A stretch of DNA of 58,196 nucleotides from an uncultured Dehalococcoidales bacterium. GTDB lineage: Bacteria; Chloroflexota; Dehalococcoidia; Dehalococcoidales; CAYYQY01. This document shows positions 20,316-29,050 of the stretch, in pieces; within the stretch, counting starts at the first letter, position 1; the number at the start of each line of letters is the position of its first letter. The stretch lies in NCBI GenBank assembly GCA_964473905.1, contig CAYYQY010000004.1, forward strand, positions 1 through 58,196. Direction: 5' to 3'. A program made the translations under genes and the position numbers. The notes below the pieces were generated by a model. The model saw nothing but the letters and a program-made list of their open reading frames with translations. It ran no database searches and had not been told where the DNA came from.

Positions 20316-20351
20316 GGGTAGCCCTTTGTATTTGGGTGCAAAGGGCTACCC
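20316..20351 (+). promoter_or_regulatory. Intercistronic stem-loop
   Basis: GGGTAGCCCTTTG/CAAAGGGCTACCC 13-bp perfect stem with no U-tract. Confidence 0.6.
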
Positions 20352-20377
20352 GGAAAGACCTGGGGGAGAGATAGAAA

Positions 20378-21823
20378 ATGGCATTTAAGGATTTGAGAGA
20401 TTACATTTCAGCACTGGAGCAACACGGACAATTAAAAAGAGTTGACAGGGAAGTCGATTGGAACATTGAAGCAGGGGCTATTTCCCGACTGGTTTATGAA
20501 AAAGGCCTGCCTTCTCCCCTCTTTGAAAATGTTACCGGTTATCCCGGATATAGACTTTTTGGTGCGCCAATCAGCACCTTTTCCAAACTTGCCATCGCTC
20601 TGGGGCTGGACCCGGAGACCAGCATTAAAGAATTAATTAATTTCTATCTGGAGAAAAAAAAGGATCTTGTTAAGCCAGTCTTCGTGGATAAAAGCCAGGC
20701 ACCCTGCAAGGAAAATATTGACATAGGTGACCAGGTTGACCTTATGAAATTCCCGTCACCCATGTTGCACGAGGGTGATGGCGGCAGGTATTTATGCACG
20801 TGGCATATTAACGTCTCCAAGGACCCCGATACGGGCTGGATAAACTGGGGTTGCTACCGGGCTATGGTGTCCGGCAAGAACACACTGACCGGCCCGGTGA
20901 GTCCGGCAAAACACATGGGTTCTCAATATCAAAAATACAAAGCGAAAAATATCCCGATGCCATTTGCCATTGCCATAGGTCCTGAACCCGTAAGCGGTTT
21001 TATAGCCGGAGCCAGGGTAGCCGCCAACCTTTACGAAGCCGAACTGGTCGGTGCGCTGAGGCAGGAACCGATAGAACTGGTCAAATGTGAAACCGTAGAT
21101 TTAGAGGTGCCGGCAGGTTCTGAAATCGTAATTGAGGGCGAGATATCCCTGACTGAGAAAGACTGGGAGGGACCTTTCGGCGAGTTTGTCGGTTACAGCG
21201 CTACAGGAAGAAACAAAGCGCCGGTATGGAACGTAAAAGCGATCACCTACCGTAACAACCCGATAATAACCATGTCCAACACCGGAGTGCCCGTGGATGA
21301 ATACCACCTTGACGTAGGTCTGGTCAGGTCGGCAGAGCTGTATAACAGGCTGCGTGCCGATGGTATCCCGGTGGTAGCCGTAAACGCACCGCCGGAGGGT
21401 GTTGGCTTCCTGGTTATCGTCAGCGTATCCGGTAACACACCGAATATCGCGGAGAAGGTTACTTCCAGTATCTGGAGTTCTCCCCAGGGATCAAACGCCC
21501 CCTTCGTTTTTGTGGTAAACGATGACGTGGACGTCTTTAATATATGGGAGGTCATGCATGCTATGGTCACCAAGTGCCATCCCTACCGTGATATCTGGAG
21601 AGTGGAGCGGGCCTCGGCCATACCGTTTATGACCTTTCTAAATGCCTACGAGAGGCAACACCGCCTAGGGGCCAAGGTCTACTTCGATTGTACCTGGCCT
21701 ACTGACTGGGACCCTGTATCAGAAATTCCGCCGAAGATATCCTTTGACGCTAATTACTCCCATGAAGTGAAAGAGCACGTCCTCAAAAACTGGGAGAACT
21801 ATGGCTTTATCAGGCTAGCCTAA
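20378..21823 (+). CDS. UbiD-family (de)carboxylase, phenylphosphate carboxylase-like large subunit
   Basis: DGGRY, NWGCYR, EGPFGEFVGY and GVPVDE. C-terminal FDCTWPTDW...NWENYGF resembles the Ppc clade as recalled. Confidence 0.88.
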   Translation: MAFKDLRDYISALEQHGQLKRVDREVDWNIEAGAISRLVYEKGLPSPLFENVTGYPGYRLFGAPISTFSKLAIALGLDPETSIKELINFYLEKKKDLVKPVFVDKSQAPCKENIDIGDQVDLMKFPSPMLHEGDGGRYLCTWHINVSKDPDTGWINWGCYRAMVSGKNTLTGPVSPAKHMGSQYQKYKAKNIPMPFAIAIGPEPVSGFIAGARVAANLYEAELVGALRQEPIELVKCETVDLEVPAGSEIVIEGEISLTEKDWEGPFGEFVGYSATGRNKAPVWNVKAITYRNNPIITMSNTGVPVDEYHLDVGLVRSAELYNRLRADGIPVVAVNAPPEGVGFLVIVSVSGNTPNIAEKVTSSIWSSPQGSNAPFVFVVNDDVDVFNIWEVMHAMVTKCHPYRDIWRVERASAIPFMTFLNAYERQHRLGAKVYFDCTWPTDWDPVSEIPPKISFDANYSHEVKEHVLKNWENYGFIRLA

Positions 21824-21837
21824 GGAGGCCGTTTAAG

Positions 21838-22077
21838 ATGTTTAGAGAAGGCTATGAGATTTATACGAGCAAGCTGGGACAGCTTGAGCAGGGTAAGGAA
21901 TTACAATTAGAAATCAGGGACGTCAAGACCTACCAGCCCAAGAAGGTCAAGGCAACAATATCCTCCTCCCCGGAAAAGCTGCCTGACGGTGAGTTACTAT
22001 GGGTAAGGGGCATGCTGGGCCCGTTACTTGACGGGAAACCGTGGCGGATTAAAATAATAAGCCAGGTCCAGTCTTAA
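21838..22077 (+). CDS. Phenylphosphate carboxylase gamma subunit-like protein
   Basis: 79 aa with pattern EQGKELQLEIRD...KVKATISS..EKLPD..LWVR..G......WRIKII, matching the small Phenyl_P_gamma family as recalled; directly follows the UbiD gene. Confidence 0.75.
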   Translation: MFREGYEIYTSKLGQLEQGKELQLEIRDVKTYQPKKVKATISSSPEKLPDGELLWVRGMLGPLLDGKPWRIKIISQVQS

Positions 22078-22149
22078 GCCCGGAGCGACTTCATAACGGG
22101 GAGGGGAATATTAGCTCAAGAGTGGAGATATTTATGGAGGTAATATACG

Positions 22150-23181
22150 ATGACAGAATCTAAATTGGTTTACTGGTTTGACGAGGTAGATTCCAGTTCT
22201 AACGAACTTGTGGGGAAGAAAGGGGCAAACCTGGGCGAGATGACTAAATTGGGTATGCCCATAGTCCCGGGATACGTGGTCTCGATTGAGTCATTCCGCA
22301 GGTTTATGACCGAGACAGGAGTCGGCGACAAGATTGCCAAATATGGGGACAGCCTTGGAAAACTCACTAACGTAGACCAGGGTGAAGAAGCCGGCAGGAC
22401 TATTCGCTCATGGATAATGGAAACAGAAGCACCGGACTACCTGAAGGAAGAAATAGGCTCGTACTACGATGCCCTCTGCGAAAAGACAGGCATACCGGAT
22501 GTCCGCGTATCAACAAGGTCAGGAGGGCCAACCAGCCGTCCGGGTATGTTTGATACCTACTTGAATGTCAGCGGCCGGGAAAATGTCATCCAGCATGTAA
22601 AGAAAGTATGGGCCAGTGTTTATACCGGGCGCGCCATCTGGTATCGCCAGGCTCATGATGTTCCCTTTGCATCTGATGTGCTCGGCGTTGTCGTGATGAA
22701 GCTGGTGGATGCCCGCTCCGCGGGTATTATCTTCACTGCCGACCCGGTAACGGGTGACAGGTCACGAATTATCGTTGATTCCAGCTGGGGCATGGGTGAG
22801 GGAGTCGTTGGTGCCCGGGTTGAAGTAGACCGGTTTATAGTGGACAAAGAGACCCTGAACGTGGTGGACAAGGTTATCGGTAAGAAAGTAATGCGCATCG
22901 CCTGCGGCGAGCATCTCATTGAAGAAAGAGCCGTGCCCCCTGAACTGCAAGAGATTCCCTGCTTATCCGATGAAGAGCTAAGAGAAGTAGCCAGGATTGC
23001 CAGATCGATGGAGGTAACGCTGGGCGAACCCCAGGACATGGAATGGGCACTGGACGGCGAAATAGCCTTCCCCAAGAATGTATTTTTCTTCCAGACCCGA
23101 CCGGAGAAATTTGCTACCAATAAAGAGACAACCGCCATCGACCGTCTGGCAGATATTATGGCAAAAAGGGCGACCCGATAA
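22150..23181 (+). CDS. ppsB: Phenylphosphate synthase beta-like subunit (PEP-synthase N-terminal ATP-binding domain)
   Basis: VGKKGANLGEM, DTYLNV, SSWGMGEGVV, QDMEWA and FFQTRP; ends without His or barrel domains. Confidence 0.82.
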   Translation: MTESKLVYWFDEVDSSSNELVGKKGANLGEMTKLGMPIVPGYVVSIESFRRFMTETGVGDKIAKYGDSLGKLTNVDQGEEAGRTIRSWIMETEAPDYLKEEIGSYYDALCEKTGIPDVRVSTRSGGPTSRPGMFDTYLNVSGRENVIQHVKKVWASVYTGRAIWYRQAHDVPFASDVLGVVVMKLVDARSAGIIFTADPVTGDRSRIIVDSSWGMGEGVVGARVEVDRFIVDKETLNVVDKVIGKKVMRIACGEHLIEERAVPPELQEIPCLSDEELREVARIARSMEVTLGEPQDMEWALDGEIAFPKNVFFFQTRPEKFATNKETTAIDRLADIMAKRATR

Positions 23182-23221
23182 ATCTTTCCTGAAGAGCAAT
23201 TTACCAGTAAGTTTACAGCCG

Positions 23222-23271
23222 GTACCCACTTAAGTTAACTTAACTTAACTAAGGTAAGCTTGAGTGGGTAC
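23222..23271 (+). repeat. Long inverted repeat enclosing a TTAAC triplet repeat
   Basis: GTACCCACTTAAG/CTTGAGTGGGTAC arms; TTAAC x3 at 23235-49. Confidence 0.6.
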
Positions 23272-23360
23272 TTGTTGTGTCACAAATTAGCTTTAAACCG
23301 GCATGACTACGCATGATACGGAACACGCTTATTGCAGGCACTAGAGAGAAGGAGTTTTAG

Positions 23361-24599
23361 ATGAGTGATAATATAGTAATTCTGGTAATGGCTGAGGAGA
23401 AATGGGAGGAGGCCGATTTCCTACGTAGTCATATTGAATCCCGGGGTTTTCAAACCCAGATCCTGGATATAGGCCTAGTTCTGGAACCCGATGGCCCCTG
23501 TGATATTACCCGCGAAGAGATAATAGCTCTCAGCGGCAGAGACCCGGCAGAGGTCGCCCAGCTTTACCGCGGCAAACGAATGCCGGTTATGGTAGCCGGA
23601 GCTATCAAGAAAGTGGGTGAGCTTTATGCCCAGGGAAAGATACAGGGCATAATCAGCATCGGTGGCACTACGGGTACTCAGATGGCAACCCAGATAATGC
23701 GGTCACTGCCCTTTGGTTTCCCCAAGTTTGGCGTCTCGGCGACAATATCGCTGCTCGGCTTCGCTTCCAGCGCTTTCGGTACCGGCGACATAACCATGAT
23801 GAACTCGGTAGTAGATTTTACCGGCGCTAAAAGCATAATGATGCGGAACGTGCTGGCACGAGCGGCCGGGGCTATCTGCGGTATGATAGAAGGCAGCGCC
23901 AAGGTGCCCATTACACTGCCGGGTAAAGATGAAAAACCGCTGGTAGCTATAACACAAATCGGGCTGGTAGAGATAGTAGCCTCAACTGTTAGAAAGATGC
24001 TTGAGGAGAAAGGATACCAGGTAGTTGCTTTCTCCGCCTCCGGTGTATGCGACCGGGCTATGGAGAAGATAATTGAGACCAATAACCTGTTCGGTGCCGT
24101 AATTGATATTACTCCAGCCGGAGTAGGTGAAGAGCTTTTCAACTTTGGCATGAAGTCAGGCCCCACCCGCCTTGAAGCCGCCGGTGAGGCAGGTATCCCG
24201 CAAATAATATCAATGGGCAAAGTAAATATAGGCTGCCCGATAAGCAGAAACTATGCGAAACACCCCGAGTACCGCGAGCGCAAGAAGTATGAATACGATG
24301 CAGCACGGACTTTTATACGCCTTACTGAGGACGAGCTTGTACAGGTAGCGGATGCGATGGCGGATAAGCTCAATAAAGCCAAAGGACCGGTTACAGTGAT
24401 TATACCGACGGGCGGCTGGTCTGCGGTTGATAAGAAAGGCACCGACTTCTATGATGGCGAACTGGACAGGGTGTTCGCCAGTGAGTTTAAGAAGAAGCTG
24501 AAACCGGAGATAGAGGTTATAGAAGCAGAGGGTGACCTTGATACCGCCGAGTTTGCTCAACACATCGTGACGGCATTTGAGAATATTATGGCCAAGTGA
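23361..24599 (+). CDS. Tm-1-like ATP-binding domain protein (UPF0261)
   Basis: GIISIGGTTGT, MRSLPFGFPK, DITMMNSVVD, EAAGEAGIPQ and FIRLTEDE; 412 aa. Confidence 0.85.
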   Translation: MSDNIVILVMAEEKWEEADFLRSHIESRGFQTQILDIGLVLEPDGPCDITREEIIALSGRDPAEVAQLYRGKRMPVMVAGAIKKVGELYAQGKIQGIISIGGTTGTQMATQIMRSLPFGFPKFGVSATISLLGFASSAFGTGDITMMNSVVDFTGAKSIMMRNVLARAAGAICGMIEGSAKVPITLPGKDEKPLVAITQIGLVEIVASTVRKMLEEKGYQVVAFSASGVCDRAMEKIIETNNLFGAVIDITPAGVGEELFNFGMKSGPTRLEAAGEAGIPQIISMGKVNIGCPISRNYAKHPEYRERKKYEYDAARTFIRLTEDELVQVADAMADKLNKAKGPVTVIIPTGGWSAVDKKGTDFYDGELDRVFASEFKKKLKPEIEVIEAEGDLDTAEFAQHIVTAFENIMAK

Positions 24600-24628
24600 T
24601 ACATTATTTAGCAGAATGATATGTTTAG

Positions 24629-24660
24629 AAAAAGGCAGGCTATAGCGGGCTTGCCTTTTT
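24629..24660 (+). terminator. Intrinsic terminator closing the pps/ppc operon
   Basis: AAAAAGGCAGGC-loop-GCTTGCCTTTTT. Confidence 0.75.
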
Positions 24661-24789
24661 CTGCAACTGGGATTATCATTATTCTAGGAATCTGTATGGT
24701 TACAGGTAAAATTAAGGGAAAATATATTAACAAATATATTCCAGTGCATTATAGTATAGACTCCTGACTAGTATATTGGGAGGCAGAGA

Positions 24790-25020
24790 ATGGTCATGCC
24801 ACATATTGGGGCTCCAGAACTCATCATAATACTCGTGGTTATCCTTATCTTTTTTGGTGTGGGTAAATTGCCCCAGGCCGGCAGTGCGATCGGCAAGGGA
24901 ATACGGGCCTTCCGCAAGGGGCAGCAGGGTGAAGACGAGGAGGAAAAGGTAACCCCAGCCACCAAAAGAAAAGCCGCGAAGAAGACAGCATCAACGGCAA
25001 CCAGAACACGGAAAAGTTAA
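24790..25020 (+). CDS. tatA: Twin-arginine translocase TatA
   Basis: [31 protein letters not shown]. Confidence 0.92.
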   Translation: MVMPHIGAPELIIILVVILIFFGVGKLPQAGSAIGKGIRAFRKGQQGEDEEEKVTPATKRKAAKKTASTATRTRKS

Positions 25021-25105
25021 TATTTCCTCCTCAGGCTATTAGAAGTAACTATACTTCTCGTACCCAGCTTTTAAGCAAGTGGCTGGATTAGATAGGGAGT
25101 GGGCT

Positions 25106-25339
25106 TTGAATTTTATGGACTTGGGCTGGCAGGAAATATTGCTAATCATGGCTATTGCGCTCATAATATTCGGACCGGGCAGACTGCCAGAGATTGGCAG
25201 AACCATGGGCAAGACGGTTCGTGCCTTCAGAAAAGCAACGTCCACACTGACGGCGGAGTTTACCAAAGAGCTGCAAAATGAAGAACATACCGACGAAAAG
25301 GGGAAGGAAAACCAGAATAATAAGCCCGCTGATTCCTAG
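25106..25339 (+). CDS. tatB: Twin-arginine translocase TatA/TatB-family subunit
   Basis: GWQEILLIMAIALIIFGPGRLPE; TTG start behind GGGAG (ATG at 25115 is an alternative). Confidence 0.85.
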   Translation: MNFMDLGWQEILLIMAIALIIFGPGRLPEIGRTMGKTVRAFRKATSTLTAEFTKELQNEEHTDEKGKENQNNKPADS

Positions 25340-25389
25340 GTTACAGACCTCCCTGATATATACTGAACGATTTACTGCCAAGCACTAGC

Positions 25390-26142
25390 ATGAGCAAGGT
25401 ATCTAAAGATAGAACGGCCAATAAGTTAACCCTTACTGGACACCTCGGTGAACTGCGGCGGCGCTTACTCAGGTCTCTCATCGCCCTACTCATTACTACC
25501 CTGGCCTCTTTTTTCTTTGCCGAGCGTATCTTTGACGTACTAATCGCGCCGGCAGGAAATATTGACCTTATATTCATTGAGATGACGGAGATGCTGGGTA
25601 CTTACATGAAAGTGTCTCTCGCCAGCGGTCTGGTATTCGCCATGCCCTACCTGGTGTACCAGCTTGTTATGTTCGTATCACCCGCGCTTACCAAGCAGGA
25701 AAAGAGATATGTTTACCTGATGCTGCCCTGGATAACACTCATGTTTGCTGGCGGTGTTATCTTCGCCTATTATATACTGATACCCCCGGCAGTCAATTTC
25801 CTGATAACCTTCGGCAGTGATATCGCCACCCCCCAGATTAAGATAGGCAACTATATCTCCATCGTAACCAGGCTCCTGGTGGCCATCGGCGCCGTTTTTG
25901 AGACACCGATAATAATACTGTTTCTAACCAGGATTGGTATAGTCACGCCCGATATGTTAGCCAGGAAGAGAAGGCATGCCATAGTGATAGCCTTCATTCT
26001 GGCCGCCCTGATTACGCCTACCTGGGACCCGATCAATCAAAGCATGGTCGCTTTACCGCTGATTTTCCTGTTTGAGCTCAGTATATGGCTATCCAAACTG
26101 GTAAAACGGAGAGAGACTGCCGAAGTCAGCCCGTCCCCGTAG
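25390..26142 (+). CDS. tatC: Twin-arginine translocase TatC
   Basis: HLGELRRRL, FVSPAL, FETP and ITPTWDP motifs. Confidence 0.96.
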   Translation: MSKVSKDRTANKLTLTGHLGELRRRLLRSLIALLITTLASFFFAERIFDVLIAPAGNIDLIFIEMTEMLGTYMKVSLASGLVFAMPYLVYQLVMFVSPALTKQEKRYVYLMLPWITLMFAGGVIFAYYILIPPAVNFLITFGSDIATPQIKIGNYISIVTRLLVAIGAVFETPIIILFLTRIGIVTPDMLARKRRHAIVIAFILAALITPTWDPINQSMVALPLIFLFELSIWLSKLVKRRETAEVSPSP

Positions 26143-26174
26143 TATTTGCTCAAGACCCGTAATCCCATCCGGGT

Positions 26175-26579
26175 TCATTGCCTGTCGGCTACCGCTTTCA
26201 CCAGAACAGTGCGCTGTCTGGGCCCGTCAAACTCGCAGAAAAAGAGCCCCTGCCAGGTACCGAGCATTAACCGACCGCCCTCTATCAGGACTGTCCGGCA
26301 ACTACCGAGCAGGCTGGCTTTTATATGGGCCGGTGAGTTGCCCTCCAGGTGACGGTAGCTGCCCGCCTCCGGTACCAGCCTGCTAAGATGTTCGGCCATA
26401 TCCCGGACTACATCAGGGTCGGCGTGCTCATTAATGATGATGCCGGCCGTGGTATGCGGCACGAAAACGTAGCAGACCCCGTCCTTAATCCCTGCCGAAC
26501 TGACAGCCTTCTGGACTTCAGAGGTTATATCCTGAAATTCTATTCTTAACCTGGTAGCTACCTTTAGTCTGATAATCAA
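26175..26579 (-). CDS. yjbQ: YjbQ/UPF0047 family protein
   Basis: PHTTAGIIINE, GNSPAHIKASL and LGTWQGLFFCEFDGPR motifs. Confidence 0.92.
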   Translation of the reverse strand: MIIRLKVATRLRIEFQDITSEVQKAVSSAGIKDGVCYVFVPHTTAGIIINEHADPDVVRDMAEHLSRLVPEAGSYRHLEGNSPAHIKASLLGSCRTVLIEGGRLMLGTWQGLFFCEFDGPRQRTVLVKAVADRQ

Positions 26580-26690
26580 TGCCTGCCTCTGCCGTTAAAT
26601 CAGTCCGGTTCACCAGCGCGTGCCTCCCGATAGCGGTTTTACCGCCCGTAAATCCGCCCTGCCATACCGATACCCGTGCCCAATTTTAAA

Positions 26691-26960
26691 TCACTTTTTA
26701 TAGAAACCGCTGGCCTTGAGAACCGTATACTGTTTTATGCCCTCGGCGGTAGGCTCGTAACAGTAAAGAGCCGTCCAACTGCCGGACTTCTCCAGTATCA
26801 GACCGGCCATGACAAGAGCTCTCAGCGAGGCCTCGCCGAGAAACCCTACCAGGTTAACGTGGTGGTCCGGTACCGGCTGTCCTGTCGCCTCGTACTCCCG
26901 GCATATATCGCACAAAAGCCGCGCCGGCTCTTCTCTAAGGCTCCGCGCCATCTGCTGCAT
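26691..26960 (-). CDS. Hypothetical protein, possible winged-helix fold
   Basis: LRALVMAGLI...YEPTAEG wing-like end; start placed behind a GAGGG RBS. Confidence 0.6.
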   Translation of the reverse strand: MQQMARSLREEPARLLCDICREYEATGQPVPDHHVNLVGFLGEASLRALVMAGLILEKSGSWTALYCYEPTAEGIKQYTVLKASGFYKK

Positions 26961-27221
26961 CACGCTGGTGCCCTCTATTATAATAGCAAAATCATCAAGC
27001 GCGCTCACCTGATAACCCTCCTTTTTCGTGACTTCGGACTTTTATTTTGCTATTCCAATTATACCGACCAGACTAGATTTTAACCCGCGGCATTATTTTA
27101 AACAAGGGGGTAACAGGCACCCGAAAGCCTGACCATTAGAAATGCGTTATGCTATAATTGCAACCAGGCTCGATTCCGGTGACGGACATCACTTTATGTC
27201 AATAATACAGGGAGGTACGAC

Positions 27222-27677
27222 ATGTCAGACGAATTAAAAAATGATATTCTGGAGTATTTAGCCAGCCATATTTACTGTGTGATGGCGACCAGCAAACAGG
27301 ATAACCCCCGCGCTGCCACCGTCATGTATGCATATGACGGTCTGGATATTTATGTGCACACCATAGCCGGCACCCAGAAGGTACGCAACGTGGAAGCTAA
27401 TCCCAACGTAGCACTTTTAATTGATGACCATGCCAAAGAAGGCTGGGATAAAGCCCGGATGCTGGAGTATGTCGGCAGGGCTGAAATACTAGGAGACCCC
27501 GCGGAGCAGGAGAAGGCAGCCGCCATTTACATAGCCAGATTCCCCGTAGTCAAGAAAATATTAACCCCGGAGGGGCTGGTCAAGGACCAGGTGCTAATCA
27601 AAATAACACCGGTAAAGATATACTTCACGGATTATGCCAAGGGTTACGGTCACCGGGAAAAGCTGGAAAGCTTCTAG
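27222..27677 (+). CDS. Pyridoxamine 5'-phosphate oxidase-like (FMN split-barrel) protein
   Basis: MATS, PRAATV, KVRNVEANPNVALLI; GGAGG RBS. Confidence 0.85.
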   Translation: MSDELKNDILEYLASHIYCVMATSKQDNPRAATVMYAYDGLDIYVHTIAGTQKVRNVEANPNVALLIDDHAKEGWDKARMLEYVGRAEILGDPAEQEKAAAIYIARFPVVKKILTPEGLVKDQVLIKITPVKIYFTDYAKGYGHREKLESF

Positions 27678-27795
27678 TATACTGCCTCTGGTGGCAACGA
27701 AAGCTTAGAAGCTGGTTTGCTGCTGACCGAACGCCGGCAAACTGCGAATTGACCCGATGACAGGCGGTTAAAAGATAGGGTCAGAGTAAACCAGG

Positions 27796-28074
27796 TCAGC
27801 AGCCTGCCAGATTCGCAATCAGCAGGATAATCCCGATGCATACCAGAACGATGGCCGCCAGGAGCAGGATATAGAGTAAATTGGGACGGCGCTTGCCTTC
27901 TTCTTCCAGGGTTTGCCGGAAGCGTTGCTTGATATCACCAGGTTGGGCTTCCTCCTGTTGCTTGATATCACCAGGTTGGGCTTCCTCCTGAGGTAAAACC
28001 TCAGACGGCAAATCGGAGTACTTCGCCCACTGCTGATACAGCTTTTCTTTTCTCTTCTCGCGGATTTTTTTCAA
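27796..28074 (-). CDS. Small C-terminally anchored membrane protein with internal 11-aa duplication
   Basis: Charged N-terminus, QEEAQPGDIKQ x2, hydrophobic C-terminus. Confidence 0.65.
   Translation of the reverse strand: MKKIREKRKEKLYQQWAKYSDLPSEVLPQEEAQPGDIKQQEEAQPGDIKQRFRQTLEEEGKRRPNLLYILLLAAIVLVCIGIILLIANLAGC
27925..27990. repeat. Exact 33-bp tandem duplication
   Basis: ttgcttgatatcaccaggttgggcttcctcctg x2. Confidence 0.95.
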
Positions 28075-28253
28075 CTGTCGCCCCTGGAAAAGTATTATAC
28101 CCTAAGGATATCATCTGTAAAAGGCTGAGGCAAGACCCTATAGTTACCACTAACGGAAACACTTTGGTAATGAGTTTGCCCTGTACGGCTAGCCACAGGA
28201 CAGGAACTGCTTTATAATGTTTCACACTTACTATTATATTTTTAATTTTTGGA

Positions 28254-28958
28254 ATGACGGCATATCAACATATAGTTATACTAATCACCGTCGCCGGCAT
28301 TGAGGAGGCACGGAAAATAGCCGGCATGCTGGTAAGCGAACGGCTGGCTGCCTGCTGCAACATCGTGCCCGGGGTAAGCTCAATATTCCGGTGGGCAGGT
28401 AAAACCGAAGAGGACGGCGAAATCCTGCTCGTGGTTAAAACCCGGGCCGGGCTTTTCCCGGGAATAGTTAACCTGGTTAAGAAGCATCATAGCTACGAGG
28501 TGCCGGAGATAATAGCCCTGCCCGTAGTTGACGGCAATGCGGACTACCTGGTCTGGATAGATAAGGAGACAGAAATGACGAGGCAGATTAAAATTAAAAT
28601 GGGTGATATCGAGCTTGAGGCTTGGCTAAATGAAACGGATACGGCAAATAAAGTGTGGGCCGGGCTACCTATCACGGCCATGATTAACCTCTGGGGTGAA
28701 GAGATATACTTCCCTACCCCCATTGAGAACGGCCTTGAGAATGCAGAGGAGGTAGTAAATTCGGGAGACATCGCCTACTGGCCAACCGGAAAGGCAATGT
28801 GCCTCTTTTTCGGCAAGACTCCGGCGAGCCGGGGAGAGGAAATAAGACCCATAAGCCCCGTTAATGTCATCGGCAAAATCACGGGGGATACGGAGTTGCT
28901 CAAAGAAGCCAGACAGGGTGACAGAATCACTATAGAGAAAAAAGAGCCTGCATCCTGA
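28254..28958 (+). CDS. cutA: CutA fused in frame to a cyclophilin-like fold (DUF369-type) domain
   Basis: RLAACCNI and HSYEVPEII in the first 107 aa; WGEEIYF, GDIAYWPTG, CLFFG and SPVNVIG after M108, which has its own AAGGAG RBS. Confidence 0.85.
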   Translation: MTAYQHIVILITVAGIEEARKIAGMLVSERLAACCNIVPGVSSIFRWAGKTEEDGEILLVVKTRAGLFPGIVNLVKKHHSYEVPEIIALPVVDGNADYLVWIDKETEMTRQIKIKMGDIELEAWLNETDTANKVWAGLPITAMINLWGEEIYFPTPIENGLENAEEVVNSGDIAYWPTGKAMCLFFGKTPASRGEEIRPISPVNVIGKITGDTELLKEARQGDRITIEKKEPAS

Positions 28959-29050
28959 GAGAAGTGGAGGGAGTTTCAGGGGAAATTGCTTATTCCCCGA
29001 ACCGGCTACTATCGTCTATAATAACCAGTTATGCTAAAGTGGAGGTTATC

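Noticed and set aside
18556-23181. Split or pseudogenised PEP synthase / pyruvate phosphate dikinase
   Set aside because: Both parts are intact with their own RBS, in reversed order, lack the pyruvate-binding barrel, and flank UbiD/gamma genes as in phenylphosphate synthase systems.
27167-27177. tRNA T-arm-like GGCTCGATTCC
   Set aside because: No acceptor, D or anticodon stems around it; it lies in a 5' UTR just after an extended -10 box.
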